IMG/VR virus record: IMGVR_UViG_3300017991_000004
Coordinates: 32,001-96,000 of that record
DNA length: 64,000 bases
Strand: one strand, 5' to 3'
From: a virus
Below are positions 7,201-16,900 of the stretch, piece after piece (within the stretch, counting starts at the first letter, position 1; every line of letters starts with the position of its first letter). Below the pieces are notes generated by a model that did no database searches, was not told where the DNA came from, and saw nothing but the letters and a program-made list of their open reading frames with translations. Position numbers and translations under genes: made by a program.

Positions 7201-10043
7201 GCACGTTTCTTCGCGCCCTCACGGAGCGGAGACTGTTTCGCCTCACGGATAGACCCCGTGATTCCAATACGGGCTAGGGCCTTGTTTAACTTCGGCAAAC
7301 TCTTGGCAGGTACGGCGAAAGTTTCCTCATGTGCGCCAAACAACTCCACAACCTCTACGTCGCGCAAACGCATGGCGTCCAAAAAGTCCCTAATGAGCAA
7401 TTCACGGTCCACTTCCTCGTACTTGTCAGCCTGCCTCAGACCTTTTTGTTTCAGGTACTGAAACATCTTGCGTTGGTCTGGTACAGGAAACTTGATGTGG
7501 TAAATCTTGTTCACAACCTTCGCCTCGCGTAGCGGAGTCTGCTTCGCCTCACGGATGTTGTGCTTGATGCCCGCGAGCGTCATTGTCTTCTTCAGGCGGC
7601 CCATGTCGCTGCCTCCTTGCACGACGAGGACGTCCGAATTGCCGGTGCCTGTCGTGTCCGTATCGTACATTCCCTTGAATCCTGCGGCGTCTGCGAAGTC
7701 TCCGAGCAGGTTATCGAATCCGTCAGCCTCGTAGTCTTCCCACTCGTCTTCGGACATGAACTTGGGCTTGTTGTCCTTCAACCAGGCGAACATCTTCCTG
7801 AAATCGACAGGAGAAAAGGAGACGTAGTATTCGGCGCGAATTAGTTTCGCCTCGTCCACCTTCTCCTTCTTTTCGGTCCGCACCTCGAAGGGCGTGCCGC
7901 AGTTCGGACAGGCGGCGGGGTAGCGCCCGGCGTAAACGGGCACCACCATACCGCATTCCTCACAGCGGTAACGGGCGGTGACGCGGCGACCCATCGCGTT
8001 CATCATACCCTGCGTGATTTTCCGCATCTTTTCCACCAGTCTGCTGGTACCAGCAGATGGGAGAACGGAAGCAGCCTCACGACGGATTATTTTGCCGCCG
8101 TACTGTCTAGCGATAGTTTCAACATCAGCCAAATCTACCGGTTCAGTACCAAATTCTGTAGAGACTACAACGGTAGCCCGGGCCGTTTGCTGGACTACAT
8201 CGCCATAGTCATCAGCGACGTGGTCCGCAAAATCTGCGGCTTCATCAGGCGTCGGAAAACGAATAGTCAGGGCACGCACCTTCTCGGAAAGAGGTTTCAC
8301 CGGCTTACCCCCAACGCTTGCGGCGACCTTACCCCAGCCTGTCTTGGCGCGGATGGCGAAGGCGAGTTCCTTCATGAGACCGTATTCCTTCGACCCTTCC
8401 TTGTATGGCCCTTTCGCCTTGAGGGAGGCGTACCGTTTGCGGAGTTCGCTGGCCGTGCTGTCCTTATACTTGCCCTTCTCCTTGGGGTTCACCGTAGTCT
8501 TGGTGCCCCACTTCTCTTCCAGTGCGGTGAGGTCTTCATCGGACATTACCAGTAGCTCTTCGGGAACCTCCATCGGCTCCTCGGGCTCGGCTTCGCTGCC
8601 CGGCATGTCTTCCGGCTCCTCGTCCTGCTCACGCGGGAAGGGCTTGCCGCTGGCGGGGTCGTTCAGTCCGCCCGCCTGCCAGTAGACGTTACGCGGGTCC
8701 TCCGGGTCAGGACTGAAGCGGGTAGAATCCTTCAGGACCTTGAGTTTGAGGATAGTGGACTCCTCCATGTCGTCCTCTTCGTCATCCTCCTCGTCGTCCT
8801 GCTCGACGGGACGCGGGAAAGGTTTGCCCGTTTTTGGGTCGTTGCTTCGGCCCAATTCCTTGTAGTAGTCAGCAGGCTTGTCCGCACCTTCCTGGGAAAG
8901 ACGCTGACCGCGCGTCATGTAGTGGACGTTGGATTCTTCCTCTTCCTCGTCGTCCGGCATCTCGTCGTCGGGTTCCTCGTCCTGCTCACCATAAGGACGT
9001 CCCATCGGACCTCTGCCTCCACCTCGGGCCATGCCGCGACCGCGACCACCCGACCGAATCCTCATGCCGGGCGTGGCGCAGCCTTCCTCCTCGTCGTCCG
9101 GCTCGTCTCCGTCCATCGGCATGTCACCCGAATCGGTTTCGTCCGGTTCCATTTCGTCATCGGGTTCCTCTTCGTCGTCTTGCTCGGCGGGGCACGGTTC
9201 ACCCGCGGCTTTCCGCTTACCGACGCCAGCCGTTTGCGCCTGGTAGCTGCCCGCATAGGGTCCGGTGCCGTCTCGGCGGCCTCGGGCTCCCTTGCCTTCC
9301 TCCGGTTCCTCTTCGTCGTCAGGTTCTTCCTCGTAGTCCTGCTCCACCCAGTCCGTCTCGCCCTCGTACTCGATGTAGTCGAAGTCGTCCTCGTCGTCGA
9401 ACTCGGTGTCATCCGGCGAAGGAAACATTCCCGCGTCGAACTCGTCGATGTCGGGGAAGAGTTCCTTGAGTTCGTCGCGGAGATGGTGGAAAACGGCGGG
9501 ATAGTTGCTCGCCAGGGCGAACATGAACTCGTCTGCGCGGGTCGTCTCTTCCGACTCGGAGAGCCTGACGCCGTCCCAGTCCCGTTTCATTTCACGCACC
9601 GCCTCCTTGAACTCTCCCTCGTTGCGGAGCGCGAGGAACTTCTCGTTGTCTGCGGAGCCGGCTGCCTCGAACAGCGAAACGAGGTCATACTCGACAGCCG
9701 ACAGGAGCTTCTCCATGCCGCGTTCGTGCAACGTGCCGAAACCTTCCAGCACCTTCGTGAGGTCAAACGGCGAATAGTTCTCGAGGATGGCGGCAAGGTT
9801 GCCTCGCGAATCGTACTTGACACGATTCTCCGTCAGCGGCTTCGTGCTCACCATGAGGTCGCAGAACAGACGCCGCAACTTCTGCGGCAGGGAAGCGAAC
9901 TGGTCCGCTTCCAGAAACCCCTTGGCCTCGATAAGGGCCTTGTAGAAGCCGCCAGTCTTGCCGAGTTCCTTCTCGGAGAGTTCCTGCGGGCTCATAACCA
10001 GGCGAGCGAAAGCCCTGACGAACAGGTTGACGAGGGTGTTCAT
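4254..10043 (-). CDS. Giant acidic modular protein (1929 aa), putative prohead core/internal-protein polyprotein
   Basis: Long ORF with SD GGAGG and its own promoter; D/E-rich and P/A-rich linkers; CxxC zinc ribbons; many (L/I/V)xE motifs at module borders. Confidence 0.75.
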   Translation of the reverse strand: MNTLVNLFVRAFARLVMSPQELSEKELGKTGGFYKALIEAKGFLEADQFASLPQKLRRLFCDLMVSTKPLTENRVKYDSRGNLAAILENYSPFDLTKVLEGFGTLHERGMEKLLSAVEYDLVSLFEAAGSADNEKFLALRNEGEFKEAVREMKRDWDGVRLSESEETTRADEFMFALASNYPAVFHHLRDELKELFPDIDEFDAGMFPSPDDTEFDDEDDFDYIEYEGETDWVEQDYEEEPDDEEEPEEGKGARGRRDGTGPYAGSYQAQTAGVGKRKAAGEPCPAEQDDEEEPDDEMEPDETDSGDMPMDGDEPDDEEEGCATPGMRIRSGGRGRGMARGGGRGPMGRPYGEQDEEPDDEMPDDEEEEESNVHYMTRGQRLSQEGADKPADYYKELGRSNDPKTGKPFPRPVEQDDEEDDEEDDMEESTILKLKVLKDSTRFSPDPEDPRNVYWQAGGLNDPASGKPFPREQDEEPEDMPGSEAEPEEPMEVPEELLVMSDEDLTALEEKWGTKTTVNPKEKGKYKDSTASELRKRYASLKAKGPYKEGSKEYGLMKELAFAIRAKTGWGKVAASVGGKPVKPLSEKVRALTIRFPTPDEAADFADHVADDYGDVVQQTARATVVVSTEFGTEPVDLADVETIARQYGGKIIRREAASVLPSAGTSRLVEKMRKITQGMMNAMGRRVTARYRCEECGMVVPVYAGRYPAACPNCGTPFEVRTEKKEKVDEAKLIRAEYYVSFSPVDFRKMFAWLKDNKPKFMSEDEWEDYEADGFDNLLGDFADAAGFKGMYDTDTTGTGNSDVLVVQGGSDMGRLKKTMTLAGIKHNIREAKQTPLREAKVVNKIYHIKFPVPDQRKMFQYLKQKGLRQADKYEEVDRELLIRDFLDAMRLRDVEVVELFGAHEETFAVPAKSLPKLNKALARIGITGSIREAKQSPLREGAKKRAKHLDEAYKRLACPKCSKPLGEAFKKSLEEFETQKGTVTVLIDPLELPEETDATSLTNILQKKETDAIVSVDLNDEGYVMVTCKDDKAYGEVEELLKAMAIGESALKKVKGLVKQISALSEAKFGARYDSHIVDQGTGDWWEVYISDKDLKKYFGKDYAKYTRASVIADEAGIDYEGGSGTNTFDIENRSDLNKFLKWLKKAGIQVPVVKESVYTSSPALVEQIPSTDAAGAQAADPNAAPATEPPPAAAPTPSQDGDKTEPEQPKEVPGEEEGGEETFACPSCGAQIPKPQLKMMLGKLLHQVAAQLEQGAKEEEGGEETGPEEAPKAAEPKGEETPPEPAPSQAPPAAPAEQPKGQEQPTGESIEEAKAVKFYVQLKGKNIAALRDFIQDDMGITFVGSGMMSRNLGYLEVAPSAKQDLFLWLSEEGYAFVHESITEQSTGESIEEMARPISTANPTYGFDGSLRSLARSKRDRQKIWDAMFVAYSMVMPKATSEEIQTYLDSTRGRHMGDALTDAAYAQAEIDGRTDFNTDDVMAAIPVLVKGMGQYRDRSGTGRDFKDAVMRMRDPSDDAWYVGESRESPSKDRGEDQVQKFQPLIGELLVPADDIPEKTEIRIVDRVKEDAVIEFKNILHTVPAKDVLVFGEEASLAACLRAVQEGKMSITDAARNRLRCRKESKRLTDLPESKVASDSALMVAYFPNRKAYKTALTELKKQMSVGEFEETTSLYLYPKDDTARTFAVKVTEDNGGHIIQSRVAFGYDPSRSISEQIGADDENADVVQSVNQSFTNAYTNLKQIRQIMVDAQANMLKAVAMLQGANIGKKTQGAVQKLTGKMDIEKTVQELTKKITELNKAHDVFLAEFPDAKSEIPKGEEPEGGAPSEEPPPEGTPAPQPAPAPAEPAPAPAPEGEPQAAPQPAPAPAESVIETAVASLKENEEAIRLIEGLFQSAEPYGTIARVVRDECPELTPVQIQAVVHRLI

Positions 10044-10072
10044 TGGTTTCCTCCCTAACAGATGTCTCCCAC

Positions 10073-10101
10073 ACTATAGGCGGGACGCGAAACTCCGTCA
10101 A
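10073..10101 (-). promoter_or_regulatory. Sigma70-like promoter for the 1929-aa gene
   Basis: Minus strand TTGACG-N17-TATAGT, about 30 nt upstream of ATG 10043. Confidence 0.65.
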
Positions 10102-10102
10102 G

Positions 10103-10882
10103 TTACTCGGCGGCTACAGCAGCCGCTACTTTCTTTGCCCTCTTGGGATGTTTCTTCAGAAAGTAATCGACCACCTTCATTAGTTTAACGAATGACAGGT
10201 CGCCGGACTTCCCGGTAAACATCGCCTTTATGAGTTCACGGCCTTCGATGGTCGGCGCGAAGAACGTCACGGGATACTGGTGCATCTCCGCGAGTTCATC
10301 GTCACCTACCTGCGTTTCCGTGAACTCTCCTTCGTCCGGTTCGGCAGGTGAAGCGTCCACCTTGCCTTTCTTTTTCTTGCCGGACGATTTTTTCTTTCCT
10401 TTCTTTTTCAGTCCTGCGGAATCGGGCGTCTCGATTTCCACTGACTCCATCAGCTCCTTCAGGTTCTTCCTGGCGATGGAGGTATCGAGTTCCAGTTGCT
10501 TCAGGCTGGTGCTTTCCAGTTCCTGAACGTCCTTCAACAGCAGAGCAACGTCCATGTCCTTCGCGGACCCGCGACGGTAGAGGAACGCCAGGGTGAGCTT
10601 CCGCGCCTGGGCGTCGTCTACGTCCAGGTAAATGACGGGCACCTGTTTCATGCCGAGTTTTCTGGCCGTCTTCCAACGGTGCTCTCCGTCGATGATTATG
10701 TTCGTGCCCTGCTGAACGTGGAGCGGGTCGATAAAACCTTCGGTTCGGATGCCATGCTCCAGGCTCCGCTTTTCCAGTGCAGTCATCTTGTTCGGGTTCC
10801 AGGGATTTGGCTTCAGCTTGTTCACCGAAACCCGCGTCACTTTGTCAATGATGGTTATCTTGCCGTTTGTCTTCTTGGGCAT
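10103..10882 (-). CDS. ParB/Srx N-terminal-domain protein
   Basis: LKPNPWNPNKM...GFIDPL...IIDGEHRWK...VPV (ParB-N GxxR signature); start MPKK at 10882 with SD GGAG. Confidence 0.85.
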   Translation of the reverse strand: MPKKTNGKITIIDKVTRVSVNKLKPNPWNPNKMTALEKRSLEHGIRTEGFIDPLHVQQGTNIIIDGEHRWKTARKLGMKQVPVIYLDVDDAQARKLTLAFLYRRGSAKDMDVALLLKDVQELESTSLKQLELDTSIARKNLKELMESVEIETPDSAGLKKKGKKKSSGKKKKGKVDASPAEPDEGEFTETQVGDDELAEMHQYPVTFFAPTIEGRELIKAMFTGKSGDLSFVKLMKVVDYFLKKHPKRAKKVAAAVAAE

Positions 10883-10936
10883 CGGGTATCTCCGCAACTA
10901 ATAATAGGAAATAATCTGCTGGTACCAGCAGATGAA

Positions 10937-13900
10937 CTATTCCATCGTGACGATGTTGGCGACCTGGAAAGTGCTGCCCACCGTCGTCCGCGCCAGCGTC
11001 GAGGTAATCTTGTCCACGAAGCCGTCCGCGAACTCACGAATCTGTACGGTCAGCATATCCTCGGGACCGACCGTATCGAGCCAGAGAGTGACTTTACCTT
11101 CCTGCGCCTCTGCGGGCGACTCGTACACACCGTTCGCTCCCGGCGCCAGCGGTGCGTTCAGGGTGTCCGCCAGATTGGTCAAAATGCGGTCGAGCAGTTC
11201 GTCCGTCACCTGACCCGTGAGCAGCACGGTCGTCACCGGCCCCGCATCGTCTCCCTGCGTCAGGTTGAACTCAGGAGGCGTAATGGGGAAATCAGTCACC
11301 GACCCGTCGTCTGCTGTACTCTCCGTCTGCCACTTCTTCAGGTAGCGGCTGTCTTGGAGAGCCTGCATCACGTCGATGTCGAAAATGATGTTGTTCCCGC
11401 GCTCCTTCACCAGCTCCTGATAGAAGGCGAGAATGGATTCGCCGTGCTTGTTGAGGAAGTCCGTCACCGCGCTGGCAGGGTCGGAAGGGGACTCCATCGC
11501 CAGCGCCTTGCCGACTACCAGGGACAGCAGGCGGGACGCATAGATTTCAGAACGCGCCAGTCGCGCATCCACCATCTTCTCTATCATCGCCGTGAAGGCG
11601 GGCGAGATGGTCATGTCGGAATAGTTCACCGCCTCACTGGTTTCGTCCGCCAACTGCTGCATGAACATCCTCTGTAGCGTCGGACTGGCAGGCATGGGAA
11701 TGAACGGCTTCTCTTCCTTTTGCACGGAATCGTACACCCGGTGGTAGTAATCTGCGAGGTCGTAAATTACTCCCCACTGAAACTTCGGAACATTTCCAAC
11801 ATCAACTTTTGTTCCTACTAATTGCGCCGAACAGTCAGCCCAGGCGGGGTCACCTGATTGCTTGGCTGTACGAATGTGCTTTTTTAGCGCAGTCACAAAC
11901 TTTTGTGCCATTTTAGCCGAAGGAAACGTCAGCACTTCTACGCGGCCAGTCTGCTCCTGCACCGACTCATAGAAGGCGACATCGCAAGCCGGGCAGTAGT
12001 CATGGAACCTTCCTCGGGCCTGAAGCGGACCACCGCATATCGGACACTTGTGTTTCTTTACTTTTCTGCGACCACCCCAACCCAGGGAATAGATGGAGAC
12101 TTTATCAAAGCCTTCTTCTACCGCCTTCTCCCGGACCGCCTGCTCAACGCGCCTCGCATGACCATCCCCCAGTTTGTTCCACAAGACCATAAGGCTAATC
12201 TTTTGGGTTTTAGGAACATCGGGCGTCTTGAGGTAGGCGTACCCGCCAGCGACCTTAACCACCTCCCAAATCTTGTCGTCGAGTTCAATTTTCATCCCCG
12301 GTACAATGCGCGGCACATTCTCTTCAACGCTTTCCGATGACTCGCTCTTGAGCAGTTGGTCTACCGCCTGGTCCACATCGACGCCCTGCGCGATGTCTGC
12401 GACCGCATCGGCGGGGACGTAAGACTGCGGAGCGGCGACGGGTTCCTTGCCGCCCCACATCGGCGGGTAGGGAGCAGCCATCGCACCTTCGGGGACTTCC
12501 TGCGGAACGAACATCACCCACCACTCGGCGGGTTCGCTTCCCTGCGGCAACGTGCCGTCCGGGGACGCGACCACGGTGGTGTTCGAGTAGATGGTATTGA
12601 TGGCTTCGCGGAGTTGCTCGACTTCCTCGGCGGTCATGGTCGCGTCGAGGAAGAGGTAGACGGAGTGCGACTCGTCCGCAAAGTCCACGTCCTGAATTGC
12701 GTCGATGGAACCGAGAACGATGGTCTTGCGGATGATGTTGTCGAGCACGTCGTCGAGCGTTTCCTTCTCCGGGTCGCCGTAGGCTTCCTCGAGTTCTTCG
12801 CTGCTTTCGACTGTGATGTCTGCTCCTGCGAACAGATTCTCGAAGTCGTAGACGCTGTCATTGTTCACAACGGCAATCCACATATTCGACGCCTTGGAAA
12901 TCATCTCCGCGTCGATGCTGAACTTTGACCGAAGCGCCGCGCTCACTTCGTCTGCGGAACGTCCGCGGGTGAGCGCGAACAGCGTCTGGATAGCGGGGCC
13001 GAACAGCTTGTATGTCGTGTTTCGGCTTCCAAGTTTTTGCGTCACCACCACGCCTTCGGTGACCACCGCTTCCATCGAGGAAGCGTCCTGAGAAAAAGTG
13101 GACTCAACTAGACGGGCTGCCGGCTCGCTCAGGTACGTCTCGCTGACCACCTTGTACTTTTCGGTCAGGAGGTTCTTCGTTTCGTGCATCGTCGCGCCCG
13201 TCACCCTATGGATGAACTCCGCGAGGTCATCGAGGTTGTCGAAGTGCTGGTCCAACCCGTCTTCGAGGAGAACCATCAGCGCCCGTGACATGCTCTTGTA
13301 TTGTTTCTCCGTCATGAGGCCGATAAGGCAACCGATGGCACCACTGGGCATCTGCACGTTGAGGCGAATCACGGAACGCTCCCGTCCCTCTGCTTGGTCA
13401 CGCGCCTGTTCGTCGCAAATCCAGCACTCGGTCAACGACTTCTCTTCGGGTTCCTTTTCGTAGGTTTCCCCTGCCTCAATGAGTTCGTCGAAGGAAATGG
13501 GACGCGCAGCCATTTCCTTTGCCTCGACTCGGTAGTCGTCGAAAGTGGTGGACGCCTTCGTCACCTTCATCGCCTTGAGGACTTCGACGGCTTCCTCGTA
13601 AGGGTTGCCGAGAATCTTCGTGTTGACGAACAGCTCCTTGATGTGCGCGATGGAAAGCCCCTCGGTGTCCTCCACCCACCGCGCGATTTCCTCGTCCGTC
13701 GTCTCGTCGAGTGCGTTGAGCTTGGAACGGATGTAGAGTTCACGCGCCTCGGCGCTCGGCATCCCGATGTGGAACCGCTTGTCGAAACGCGAGGGACGGT
13801 TGAGGATGCGGCTGCCGAGTTTCTCCGGGTAGTTCGTCGTGGCGAGGAAGACGACGCGGTGAATGTCGTGCATGCCGTCAAGTAGGTTAAGGATGGACGA

Positions 13901-16900
13901 CTCCCCGTAGCGCAGGGTCGCGTCGATGTCCTCCATCAGCACAACCAGGGGAACGTCCGGCTGAATGTGCCGCAGGATGGAATAGCCTTCCACAAACAGA
14001 TTGGAACTGTCGGGGAAGTCCACCACGATGCCGTCCCATTTGTTGACTACATCGTCCACCACAATGCGGATGGTACAGGTCTTCCCTGAGCCGGGAGGGC
14101 CTTCCAGCATCATACCGCGTTTGTAGGGGACGCTGTGCTCGGCGAAGTGTTCCTCCAGGGTCCAGAACTTGTTGATTTCGTCGATGACCTTGTCCGACTC
14201 CGAATCGGGGAAGCGGATAAGGTTCTCAGTCTTGGCGACCTTGCGACGAAAGTACGGACCCTGCATGGACGACTCAATGGAGTAATAACCGGGCGGCAGT
14301 TTCTTCGTAACCTGCCCTGCGGGAAAGAACACGCCAGGGCCGGTTTCCGTCCACTGCGTTACGCTCGACCGGTCGTCCGATTCGTCGAGGCGCTGCTTGC
14401 CTTCCTTCTTTTTGACTTCGATGACTTCCGGCAGAAGGGTGTAGGCGACTCCCTTCGACTCGTCCAGGCGATAACCGAGGTCGTGGGTATGCCCGGCGAC
14501 TTCCTCGACCTTCCAGTCGGCGATACGGTGCGCGTGGTTCTCGATTTGGTTCGACTCACCGTTGCCGTTCTCGTCCACTTTAGCTTCGTGGGTGTGCGAG
14601 ACGTAGTGGGGCCAGAGCTTGTACTTGCCTGCTTCCTTCTGTTCAGGTGAGGCAGGCGTAGTTTCGCAACCGCACGACTCTTCGAGCGAATCCTTCACCG
14701 CCTTGACGGATTCGGTCTGGAGAAACTTGCGTTGCTCCTTCGTGAGGTACTTGCCGTACTTGTCGAGAAACTCGTTCGAACCTGTCATGATTTCACGCCA
14801 CAGTTTCTCGTCACTGACTCCGGTAGCCGTATTCACAGCCATGACGATTTGGTGCATGAAGTCTTTCACTGCACCTTCCTTCACGCCTGCGAATCGAACC
14901 ATGACGGACTCGTAGCGTCTTCCGAGTGTTCTCACGACAAGCCTCCTTAAACCATCCAAGTCCATCGGCGGGTAACCGAACTTGGATATGACTCTCTGCA
15001 CGACCTCCTCGGTAGGGAGGTGCCGCAGTTTTCGGATGAAAGGATGCGCCTTGGCGACAAAGTCGTCAGCCCGCAACTGGTCTTCGCCGTCGAGGTCTTT
15101 GGGAACCTCTGCCTTCGGCTTGGGAGCCTCTTTGGTAGGTTCTTCCGGTACGGAAAAATCGTCCGGCTCTATCGGGCCATCGTCAGGAGGCATCATGTCG
15201 ATGGGCTGAACGCGAATGGTCTTTGCCTTCGGCGCATAGAACACAATGCGGGTTTCGTCCACCATCCAGGCGCGAGGGCCTACTGGCTGAACAATTGCAC
15301 CCACCGTCGCATCCGACAGGGCGCACTCGCGGAGAATCCGCATCGGGTCGTAATGGTCCTCGAAGACGCGAACCTCTTCCTCCTCATTCTCAGTGACGGC
15401 CTCCTCGAGAATGTCGAGGTGATTGTCGGTGAGAAGGTGTTCGCAGATGGACACGACTTGCTCGCCTGTTTCGCGGTCAGCATAGACAACGCCGCACGGC
15501 ATCTCCTCCCGCGACTCGAAACCAAAGTGCTCGGCGGCTGCGGTGAAGAAGTCGTGCACGGTGAGTTCGTCGAGAACCCGCTCGACTCGCTGGAAGTCCT
15601 CGTAGACCGTTCCGACCGGTACAAGGCTTTTGATGTTCGCGACAATGCGCCGCTGCTGCTCCTGCCTGCCCTTCTTCTCGGGAGTGTCTACCCGAATGGC
15701 GCGGGGCTCCACCATGTAGATGTCGATTTGGTCTTTGCCGGGGTCGTCAGGATTGGGGTGCCGGTGCACGACGATGTCGCTAACCTCTCCCCGTCCCCTG
15801 GAGGCTTCGAGTTCCGTTACCTTGAACGTAGTCTTACGACTGTTCTTCACTTCAACGGGAACCGCTCCTCCCGTCACACGCACCTGTGAGTCGTGCCGCT
15901 TGTCCGGTCCCGGCTTCTCCGGTCCCACACCGTCCAGAATCTCCTGAACGATTTCCTCGAAACGGAGGCCCTCCTTTTTGTACCGGCGCTCTCCTTTGTA
16001 GACGACTTTCTTCCAGAGCCGCCTGCGCAGTTCAGGGTCTCCATTGGCTCGCTCGATTCGTTTGAACGCTTTCGCGGCGGCTGCTTTGCGAACGTCGCGC
16101 GGAAAGAAGTGATGGATGTTCCAGGGAACACCGCCCTTCTCCTTCCGATACCGGCGAAGAGAGTATCCCGGTGCGCCGATTTCCTCGGGGTCGAAGGACA
16201 CTCCGAAGAACTCCTTCTCCGCCAGGGTGAGGATGTCCCTACCTTCGACAAGATGAAGGTTGTTGTCCGGGTCGAAAAGGAACAGCGTCATCTCGCCCAG
16301 GCAGAGGTCTTTGCCGGTCGTAAAGGCGCGGAGGTGTACAGGCTGTTCTTCGACCTTCGCAAACACACGCGGTCGCTCTGAGTTGCATACCCCCACGCCC
16401 TTATGAAACCGGCGGTCGGACCGCTCCTTCAGAAAGTTCGCCATGTCCTTGACGAATGAGGAATGGTCCTGCTGGTAACGGGCCTGTGCTTTGTGCCAAC
16501 GCTTTCCTTCGTTTCCCTTGTGCCATGCCCGCGCCGCTCGGATTCGCTTGGCGAGTCCGCGACGGCTCGCCCGCTTCGCCTTGAGCACCTTATCGACGTT
16601 CATGGCGCGGTCACGGGTGCGGCGCTGATTGCCTCCTATGACGAACCGGTAACCGCCGTAAGTCGATTTCGTGCGGCCCGGAGTTTTTCTGGATTGGCTG
16701 ACATGGGAGGGTGCGACCTCCCGTAAAGACTCTGCTAACTCAAACTCTCCGTAGTGGAGATTCATTCGAGCGGGCAACTCGACAAGGTCCTTTCCCTTCT
16801 TGGCGAACACAATTTCGTCGCGCATCTCGCCGTCTTTCGTGTAGACGCGGTATTGCACGAACTCAGAGCCCTCCTTAATCTTCAGACCCCAGATGGTACG

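Noticed and set aside
8922-11677. Plus-strand ORFs 8922-10058 and 10496-11677 (and others opposite the giant genes)
   Set aside because: They are antisense shadows of well-supported minus-strand genes and have no SD sites or motifs.
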